This document shows, piece by piece, positions 24,396 to 31,096 of a stretch of 32,000 nt of DNA (its first letter is position 1; every line of letters starts with the position of its first letter). Below the pieces are notes generated by a model that had not been told where the DNA came from, did not search any database, and worked only from the letters and a program-made list of their open reading frames with translations. Source of the stretch: Candidatus Electrothrix sp. GW3-4. GTDB taxonomy: Bacteria > Desulfobacterota > Desulfobulbia > Desulfobulbales > Desulfobulbaceae. Both the position numbers and the translations under genes were made by a program. Location of the stretch: NCBI RefSeq assembly GCF_037902255.1, contig NZ_CP147990.1, positions 630,001 through 662,000 on the forward strand, in the 5' to 3' direction.

Positions 24396-25268
24396 TTAGT
24401 TAAGAGCCTCTTGAGCCCTGTTGATTAAATCAACGTTCAAAGGAATCAAGTTACCCATCTCCACTTTTTTATCAATTTTTTCAAGCAGATCTTGGTATTC
24501 TGAATCGCGTGATTCAATTAAAATCTCGACAAAACCGTCTTCGATGCAATCAAGGTCTTGTGCCGTCAGTTGCTCGTTAATATCACACTCAAGGTCAATG
24601 ATTTCATCTTCTCGTAGATGAGCACAAAAGGTAAGCCTCCACCAGGATTCATCATCAATTTCTTCTTTGCTGACAGAATGTTTCACCCCTCGCATACCTT
24701 TTGAGCGCATTCTTTCGAACACTATATTCATCTTCAATTTAAAGCTATCCAGATCAAAACTACCGTCCTGTGATGCATCATAGATGGCTTGCAACCCTAC
24801 AAGGTTGGAGGAAATATGATTTTGACTTGACAGGAGCAACCCAGCGTGTTTTTGAAAAACCGAATGAGCCTCTTTTATGTAACCAGAAACTAAGGTTAGC
24901 GAAATAGCAGAGTGCAGATCTTTGAGCGCAGTTCGATCACTTTTTAGAAATGCCTCGTAGAATTTATCTGCGGCTTCTTTGACGAAAAGCATGTTCCACA
25001 GTGAAGCAGCGTAGTTTCCTATATAGAAAGCATCGCCCCCTGAATAAGCAATCGAATTCTTGTGACGACGGCGCATTTCGTTTTCATCGCCTTCGATAGA
25101 AGCGATGGCACCATAGATCATGTCACTGTCTGGAACAGATGCATTCCGAAGCTGCTGTGCATTTTGCTTAAATGATTGGAGCTGTATCAGGTTGACCTGA
25201 CCGCTCTCTGCAATTTTGGCAAGTGCTTCAACCAATTGCGTTGTTTTTTTCTCTGTTGCAAATTGCAT
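24396..25268 (-). CDS. Hypothetical 290-aa protein in the antitoxin position upstream of yhaV-like toxin (no recognisable family)
   Basis: A long uninterrupted ORF on the same strand, stopping 19 nt before the toxin ATG. It has protein-like composition and a highly acidic C-terminal third. I found no AbrB/PrlF, RHH, HTH or Phd motif. Confidence 0.7.
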   Translation of the reverse strand: MQFATEKKTTQLVEALAKIAESGQVNLIQLQSFKQNAQQLRNASVPDSDMIYGAIASIEGDENEMRRRHKNSIAYSGGDAFYIGNYAASLWNMLFVKEAADKFYEAFLKSDRTALKDLHSAISLTLVSGYIKEAHSVFQKHAGLLLSSQNHISSNLVGLQAIYDASQDGSFDLDSFKLKMNIVFERMRSKGMRGVKHSVSKEEIDDESWWRLTFCAHLREDEIIDLECDINEQLTAQDLDCIEDGFVEILIESRDSEYQDLLEKIDKKVEMGNLIPLNVDLINRAQEALN

Positions 25269-25325
25269 GGCGTAGTGTTGTCCTTTTTAAAGGGAGGTAG
25301 AATCAATCCGCATCTATAATCTATT

Positions 25326-25737
25326 TTATATATTTTTCAACTTAAATCCCACATTCAGCATACCCTCTATCCATTTCCAGAATATAATTTTTTCATATCT
25401 CCCACCCAACAGCTTCAGCAGACGCAAATGATGTTCATTTAAATTCAGGACCAGCTGTTGCATTCCGCCGACAAGCAGCAGGTGAATTCCTGAAAAAAAC
25501 TGAAATACCCAACGAGCAGTAGGGTTAGGGGCAGGTTTTCCTTTCTGGTTGGGAAATGTTTCATTATTTATTTCGAGCGCTTGTCTGATGCGATATTCCA
25601 ACGCGGCGTACACCAGGAGGCAAAGCGTCATAACCATCATCAGGGCCATGATACGTTTTCGGGATTTTAAAAAAAGCGTTGAAGCCATAAACATAGGATC
25701 TTTGAGGAAACGAAAACCCCGTTCAACCTTTTGCTGA
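25326..25737 (-). pseudogene. IS1634-family transposase, C-terminal piece
   Basis: Reads (QQ)KVERGFRFLKDPMFMASTLFLKSRKRIMALMMVMTLCLLVYAALEYRIRQAL...FPNQKGKPAPNPTARWVFQFF, the typical IS1634/IS4-type C-terminus. It is in frame with the N-terminal piece once 25738-27452 is removed. Confidence 0.85.
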
Positions 25738-25968
25738 GTAACCGTTCACCCCCCTCATTCCACACAAAAAAGAACTGGACAAAAAAGAGGATCACGATAG
25801 TTTAACGGTCACAACGTTTTTTACGAGATCTATCCACGTTCTGAGTATAATGGACCCCTATTCTTGGACAGCTATTTAAGGTAGATTTTTTTCTAAAAAT
25901 GCTGAATGTATTTTGGTGCGCTTGGCACGAGTCCGAAATTCATACAGCCACTACCGGAGAATCTACGC

Positions 25969-26247
25969 ATGTCACGTAAAAGAAGAGTCCACTCAGCTGC
26001 ATTTAAAGGAAAAGTTGCACTTGAAGCACTGAAAGAACTAAAGCCGATTAATGTACTGGCCTCCCAGTATGAGATTCAGCCAAACCAGATTAGCACCTGG
26101 AAAAAGCAGCTAAAAGAAGGAGTAACCGAAATATTCAGCCGAAAACGCGGTAAAGCAAAAGATGATTCCCGCAAGGCTGAAAAACGCTTATACGAAGAAA
26201 TCGGTCGTCTGAAAATGGAGCTGGACTGGCTTAAAAAAAAAGTCTGA
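25969..26247 (+). CDS. IS3-family transposase OrfA (HTH)
   Basis: MSRKRRVHSAAFKGKVALEALKELKPINVLASQYEIQPNQISTWKKQLKEG plus a leucine-zipper-like tail LYEEIGRLKMELDWLKKK. It ends in an A9 run. Confidence 0.85.
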   Translation: MSRKRRVHSAAFKGKVALEALKELKPINVLASQYEIQPNQISTWKKQLKEGVTEIFSRKRGKAKDDSRKAEKRLYEEIGRLKMELDWLKKKV

Positions 26248-27076
26248 GCCCTACTCGGATCCCCTTGATTTAATTGATTCTCAGCATAGGTCGATCAGCA
26301 TCCAGAGGCAATGTGAGCTGCTTGGCATCAGTCGATCCCGCTATTACTACAAGCCAGCGGTTGAGAGCGAACTGAACCTCAAATTGATGCGAATTATCGA
26401 TGAGATCTACACCGACTGTCCTTTTTACGGAAGCAGACGGATGGTCATCGAGCTGGAACGGCGTGCTTTTCATGTTAACAGAAAACGGGTTCAACGGTTG
26501 ATGCGCCTAATGGGGCTTGAGGCTATTTACCCGAAACCGAAACTAACTCATCGGAATATTGAACACAAAGTTTATCCATACCTTTTGAGGAACATCTTGA
26601 TTGATCGTCCCAATCAGGTTTGGAGCACTGATATCACGTATATTCCGATGCAGAGCGGTTTCATGTATCTGACGGTAATTATTGACTGGTACAGCCGATA
26701 CATCCTCAGTTGGCGTATATCCAATACGATGGATAACGATTTTTGTGTCGAAGCTCTTGATGAAGCATTAACTCATGGATTACCCGATATTTTTAATACA
26801 GATCAGGGAGTGCAATTCACAAGCAAGCAGTTTACACAACGCCTGACAGATGTTGATGTAAAAATCAGCATGGACGGCAAGGGCCGAGCACTGGATAATA
26901 TTTTTGTCGAGCGTCTTTGGCGTACAGTAAAGTACGAAAATATCTACCTGAAAGACTATCGAAATGGCAATGAGTTATACCACGGTCTGGAAGAGTATTT
27001 TTCGTTTTATAACACTCGACGTCCTCATCAGTCTTTGGGGTACAGATCTCCTGAAGATATTCATTATTGCTCATGA
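26240..27076 (+). CDS. IS3-family transposase OrfB (rve/DDE integrase core), expressed as OrfAB fusion
   Basis: SIQRQCELLGISRSRYYYKP, FYGSRRM, WSTDITYIP (D), FNTDQGVQFTS (D), MDGKGRALDNIFVERLWRTVKYE (E) and RPHQSLGY. The frame is open from 26213. The ATG-initiated ORF in the track starts only at 26384. Confidence 0.85.
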   Translation, partial: KSEPYSDPLDLIDSQHRSISIQRQCELLGISRSRYYYKPAVESELNLKLMRIIDEIYTDCPFYGSRRMVIELERRAFHVNRKRVQRLMRLMGLEAIYPKPKLTHRNIEHKVYPYLLRNILIDRPNQVWSTDITYIPMQSGFMYLTVIIDWYSRYILSWRISNTMDNDFCVEALDEALTHGLPDIFNTDQGVQFTSKQFTQRLTDVDVKISMDGKGRALDNIFVERLWRTVKYENIYLKDYRNGNELYHGLEEYFSFYNTRRPHQSLGYRSPEDIHYCS

Positions 27077-27188
27077 GATACAGTCAAACAAATATAGGAG
27101 GAAATCACCAGATAAGAGAGTTTGTTGTTAGCCCGAAATCTATCTTAAATTATGCTAAATTTTGTGTTGACTATGGGGTCCACTTTAG

Positions 27189-27416
27189 TGGCCCCTGACC
27201 AATAATGAGGCGGAGCAAGCGCTACGTCATTGGGTTATTGCGCGCAAATTAAGCCACGGTACCCGTAATGATCAAGGCAGTCGTGTGTTCGCCATACTTG
27301 CAAGTGTGATTGATACGTGTAGGAAGCGCAACGCCTGTCCGTGGAAATATCTCGCTGAGGTCATCACGGCTCGGCGCCAGGGTCTGGATGTGCCTCCTCT
27401 GCCTCTTGCTGCGTAA
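27189..27416 (+). pseudogene. IS66-family transposase (TnpC) C-terminal 75-aa fragment
   Basis: WPLTNNEAEQALRHWVIARKLSHGTRNDQGSRVFAILASVIDTCRKRNACPWKYLAEVI matches the conserved IS66 TnpC tail (TNNxAExxLRxxVxxRKxSxGTxSxxG...TC). The stop lies 28 nt before the IS66 right IR. Confidence 0.7.
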
Positions 27417-27444
27417 AAAAAATGAGAGAGGTCTGAACGGTTAC

Positions 27445-28726
27445 TTTGCTGATCTTTGTACACTTTCAAGAGTTCCTCGTCGGACAATTCTTCGCAGTCC
27501 AACTGATTCGTTGCAAGAATAAAACAGCTTTTTCGTTCCAACAATCGGGTTCTCTCCTGAAGCAGGGAGGCTGGGTTGCCTTCAATGCGGTAAACATAAA
27601 AGTCCGGTTTCTTGCCCTTGGCTGGCCGTCCTTTGCCCTTATGGCGAGGTAAAGCAACAACACGAGCGTCATGAATTGAGAGTATTTTCAGCTTTTTTTC
27701 AAAACGGGACAGTGCTTTCAATGCATCGGCCTCGCAGGCAAAATCCTGTTTGCACAACTTGTCGAATTGCTTGGACTCATTTCTGCTCAGCTTCAGACAT
27801 TTTTTGTTCACGGTCTTGCGTCCCCGTTGATATGCTTCAGGCGAATAGACAACCAACCAGCGCTGCCTGACATCGCCATAAACTACCCCGAGACTGCGAG
27901 ATGCTGCTTTTTCAGGATCCTGCATCAGATTTGAAGCTACTTCATGGATGATCTCCTGGGACAGATTCAATGTCTCCGGTACACGGGAAATCCACAATAT
28001 CATGCTCAGTTCTTTTAATGTTTGCGCTGTATAGAGCGCACTATCCGCAACCAGATATTCCAGGCTGAAATCGTTTTTCATCTGATCAATATGCGCTTGC
28101 ACTGTTTCCCGAAAATCTGTTTTATCGCTACTGTTACCACTTAACGGCTTCATCAGAAGCGGGATGCCAGCCTGTCGTTCGCAAATGAGCTGCAACACGA
28201 TCTGGTTCAGATCCGGACGATGATCACGGCTGTAGCCTTTTGTGATCCGAATAACACCTTCTTCCTCTTCTGATCCGTTGGCTGGATAGCGACCGTCGGT
28301 ATGAAAACTCGTTGAATCCAAGTGACCAAAACGTGCCAGCAGCCCTAGACGACCAATTGCCCTAGCTGCAAGCTGCGAATATAACTCTTCGGGATTATGC
28401 TCGTAAATCACTTCTAAGGCCCGGCCCAAAACAGTATCGTTCAGGTGCTGGGCCTCAATGCCTTCTCCGATGAGTCGATCTACCGGTTTATCCTGGAAAA
28501 AATGCGGGGTCAGATACAATGCCCGATTCGCAAAGCCCAACCCGTTAAGAACCATTGCCTTAACTGCCTGACCAACTGAGACAACTCGCTTTTCTTTATC
28601 CTGATGAATCAGACTGTCAATCAGCTCCCCAAGTCCGAGTTCGTCATACATACCCGCGACTAGGCCCAAGTGATTGAGGAGTTTACTTGAGCATTCCTGT
28701 GGTAAAATCGTTGTGTTGTTTTCCAT
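27445..28726 (-). pseudogene. IS1634-family transposase, N-terminal piece (427 aa)
   Basis: LNHLGLVAGMYDELGLGELIDSLI...VSVGQAVKAMVLNGLGFANRALYLTPHFF (DUF4277-type N-terminus) and HLDSTSFHTDG, up to ...LLKVYKDQQ. The last 57 aa of the 484-aa track ORF are read-through into the IS66 remnant. Confidence 0.85.
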
Positions 28727-28771
28727 ACCTGCTGCCTGGTTGATTTATTAAATGTCTTTTTGAGGCAGCAG
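28727..28771 (-). promoter_or_regulatory. 9-bp perfect inverted repeat abutting the IS1634 transposase start codon (possible RBS-occluding hairpin)
   Basis: CCTGCTGCC (28727-28735) pairs with GGCAGCAGG (28763-28771). On the minus strand the 3' arm ends 1 nt before the ATG (GGCAGCAGGtATG), so any SD lies inside the stem. Confidence 0.4.
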
Positions 28772-28931
28772 GTTATAAAATATTTTTTTATGTGTCAACG
28801 TGCGGAATGTGGGTTAAATCAAATTGCGAATAAAAAAACAGTGATCGAAAAAATGTACTCATTCAGGTGTAGCAGGACGTTTTTAAACCGCGCAGCCATG
28901 CGGGTTAGTAGCCAGGGGGCGCACTATTTAC

Positions 28932-30833
28932 TCACGAATCACCCTCAAAAGCGTGATCATTTCCCAGAGTAGAATAAATATTCATTAAACCCTGACTGTA
29001 TTCGTTATTACCGGATGTGGTAATAAGCAAATACTCCTGCGCCCTTGTCATGCCCACATACAGCAGACGAGCGGAATTCAGCCTGTGCTTTTCATCATCT
29101 TTCAACGCGCCGATTCCCATAATGATGACTCTTGAAAACTCAAGCCCTTTGCTGCTGTGGATCGTCGATAAGATCACCACATCGTCAGCAGGATTATAGG
29201 CCATCTTGCGTTTCTTCGAATTCATTAACAGGTGCGGTATCTGTTGCGTTTCCAATCGGGCCGCTAAGTCTTTGCCCTGATTTATCTTGCAGTACAGCAC
29301 CGCTATCTTGTTCCACGGCACCCCTCTTTGATGCCATGTTTCCAGGCACCGGGCCACATATGAAACTTCTTCGGAAAAATTAGCCTGCTGACAAACCACA
29401 GGGGGCAGCCCGAAAACACCGGCAGGTTCCGGCTGGATAAGCGGGATATGGTCGTCATCCGCATTTTGCGCGCTCAGGTAGTGCTCGGCAAACTTATAGG
29501 CAAATTCTAATATTTCGTGCGTGTTGCGATAATTCAGCCGTAAAATGGTTGTGCGCCCTTGCGCTTTCACGCCGACACTGGACAGGCTGAAATCAAGCCT
29601 GGAGCGGTTATCATAAATTGATTGGGCATCATCATAGAGCAGCAACAGAGAATTCGTTTCAGGGTCAACCATCTGGACAATAAGCTGAAGCCACTCTGCG
29701 GCGAAGTCATGCCCTTCATCGATAAGGATAGCACCATACTGTGCTCTGGGGATCAGGCCCTTATCTACAGAAGATATAACTGCCTCAACCTGTCGCTCAA
29801 AATAATTCCTGCATGGTTTCACCTCGACATGATATGTTTTCAGCTGCTGGCCGCACCAGTCGTGAAAATGATAGACCTGCACCTGGCCGCCTATGCCTTT
29901 GGCGGAAATAAAGGCCCTGATTTTTGCGGCTAAGGTAACATTGAAGCACAGAACCAGAATCGGTTTATCTGTCTCCTCTGTCAGATACTGGCACCGACAG
30001 CCCAGAATCATGGTTTTCCCTGATCCGGCGACCCCGTGAACCACCCTGTGCCCTTCACCGAGTCCCCGCGCCAACTTCTCCTGTTTAATATCCATGACCT
30101 TAACGAGGTCCTGAAAATCTTCGATAAACGGTGATGAGGTGTCTTTGTCAGGGCCGAAAAGTTCTTCTTCGGTGAATTGCTCATCAAGACGAATTTCCGG
30201 GAAAAGGTGCCAGCGGATACGGTCAATTTCCGGCATGGTCAGGGTACGGTTAAACCGATAGTGGAACATACCCCAAAGCTGTTCCTGAAATTTTTCCACA
30301 TCGGCACCCTCGTACATCTCATCCTTATAAATCATCAGGTGATCCGGCAGGAGGTTTTCGCGCCTGTCATCAGGTATCGCCTTTTCAACCTGCGTGCGGG
30401 TGATGTTTGTGAATACGCAGCCCCAGCCCCAGGTCATGATCGGCTTCCCCTGGTACTTTCCCTCTTTATTGCAGAGCATGGGATCGCGCTTGAGTTTATT
30501 TACGACCACGTATGTATAGTCGCGAGCCTGTTCTAAAGGATGCTGTACCTTCTGCAAGCCGGTATCAAGCAATAATTTAACGTATGAACTTGAAATAGTA
30601 CTTATGGTCGTCAGCTTCCAGTCCTTTATTTCAAGGCAGAGTATGCCACGGGACGGGTGAAGGATAATAAAGTCAGGGTAGCGTTGCTGCCTGCCTATGG
30701 GGATGTCGTACCAAATGGTATAGTCATCCTCAAGAAAGGTCTGTAATCGGCGCGCAAATCGAAGTTCTCCGGCAGTCATACGACTGATGGTTTGCGCATT
30801 AAGCGGCGGGATCATTTCTGCCATTATCGGCAT
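28932..30833 (-). CDS. NERD (PD-(D/E)xK-like nuclease-related) domain fused to SF1 UvrD/Rep-type helicase
   Basis: The N-terminus has RFARRLQTFLEDDYTIWYDIPIG...YPDFIILHPSRGILCLEIKDWK (NERD core D..E.K). Helicase motifs are GVAGSGKTMILG (I), ILIDEGHDF (II), LLLLYDDAQSIY (III), STIHSSKGLEFSRVII (V) and LLYVGMTRAQEYLLI (VI). Confidence 0.85.
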   Translation of the reverse strand: MPIMAEMIPPLNAQTISRMTAGELRFARRLQTFLEDDYTIWYDIPIGRQQRYPDFIILHPSRGILCLEIKDWKLTTISTISSSYVKLLLDTGLQKVQHPLEQARDYTYVVVNKLKRDPMLCNKEGKYQGKPIMTWGWGCVFTNITRTQVEKAIPDDRRENLLPDHLMIYKDEMYEGADVEKFQEQLWGMFHYRFNRTLTMPEIDRIRWHLFPEIRLDEQFTEEELFGPDKDTSSPFIEDFQDLVKVMDIKQEKLARGLGEGHRVVHGVAGSGKTMILGCRCQYLTEETDKPILVLCFNVTLAAKIRAFISAKGIGGQVQVYHFHDWCGQQLKTYHVEVKPCRNYFERQVEAVISSVDKGLIPRAQYGAILIDEGHDFAAEWLQLIVQMVDPETNSLLLLYDDAQSIYDNRSRLDFSLSSVGVKAQGRTTILRLNYRNTHEILEFAYKFAEHYLSAQNADDDHIPLIQPEPAGVFGLPPVVCQQANFSEEVSYVARCLETWHQRGVPWNKIAVLYCKINQGKDLAARLETQQIPHLLMNSKKRKMAYNPADDVVILSTIHSSKGLEFSRVIIMGIGALKDDEKHRLNSARLLYVGMTRAQEYLLITTSGNNEYSQGLMNIYSTLGNDHAFEGDS

Positions 30834-31096
30834 CCGTAGGGAGGTGTTTTTTTATGTTCGATAATCGTTCATTAGAAAGCGTTTGAATTCATTTATATAA
30901 AAATGATTTACGGAAAAAACAATAGAAAGATGGTGGGAGGTATGGAGTGTGGTATCACACCCCATTTTTAAACCGCGCAGTGATGGGGGATACAGAGAGG
31001 GCTCTAAGGTTCGAATCCTAAATACAGAGCAACAAAAAAACGGGTCGTACACTAAGTACAAACCCAGCAATCCTGATGATTTACCGGATACTCCTT

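Larger units (their letters stand above)
25851..27182 (+). mobile_element. IS3-family insertion sequence (orfA/orfB), apparently intact, nested inside the IS66 remnant
   Basis: TG...CA ends: TGGACCCCTATTCTTGGACA (25851-) and TGTGTTGACTATGGGGTCCA (-27182) form imperfect IRs. It carries an HTH orfA and a DDE orfB. No flanking TSD is evident. The IR may extend a few nt further out. Confidence 0.85.
25738..27444 (+). mobile_element. IS66-family element remnant (only ~114 bp left end and ~262 bp right end survive) inserted in the IS1634 transposase gene
   Basis: Perfect terminal inverted repeats GTAACCGTTCA (25738-25748) and TGAACGGTTAC (27434-27444). These are flanked by an exact 8-bp direct duplication TTTGCTGA (25730-25737 and 27445-27452). 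GTAA-starting IRs and an 8-bp TSD are IS66-family hallmarks. Confidence 0.8.
25321..28841 (-). mobile_element. IS1634-family insertion sequence, inactivated by a nested insertion (ends approximate, +/-20 bp)
   Basis: Split transposase (see pseudogene features). The terminal inverted repeats are TGCTGAATGTGGG (reverse complement of 25348-25360) and TGCGGAATGTGGG (28801-28813), with weaker similarity running outward to ~25321 and ~28841. Confidence 0.7.

Noticed and set aside
25897-25910. ATGCTGAATGT inside the IS3 leader matches the IS1634 terminal repeat core (ATGCTGAATGTGGG at 25348-25361, reverse complement)
   Set aside because: Only 11 nt match, in an AT-rich context, and the match does not extend. 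This is consistent with chance.
27175-27200. Alternative reading in which GGGGTCCACTTTAGTGGCCCC is part of the IS66 tnpC coding sequence (…GVHFSGP / PLTNNEAE…) rather than the IS3 right IR
   Set aside because: The same GGGGTCCA terminus occurs at two other sites with unrelated flanks. It mirrors the TGGACCCC left end at 25851. The tnpC-like frame is interrupted by TAG at 27186-27188.
28772-28800. Possible transposase promoter TTGACA...TATAAC in the IS1634 end (minus strand)
   Set aside because: The spacer is only 15 nt and the region is very AT-rich, so this is not convincing enough to call.
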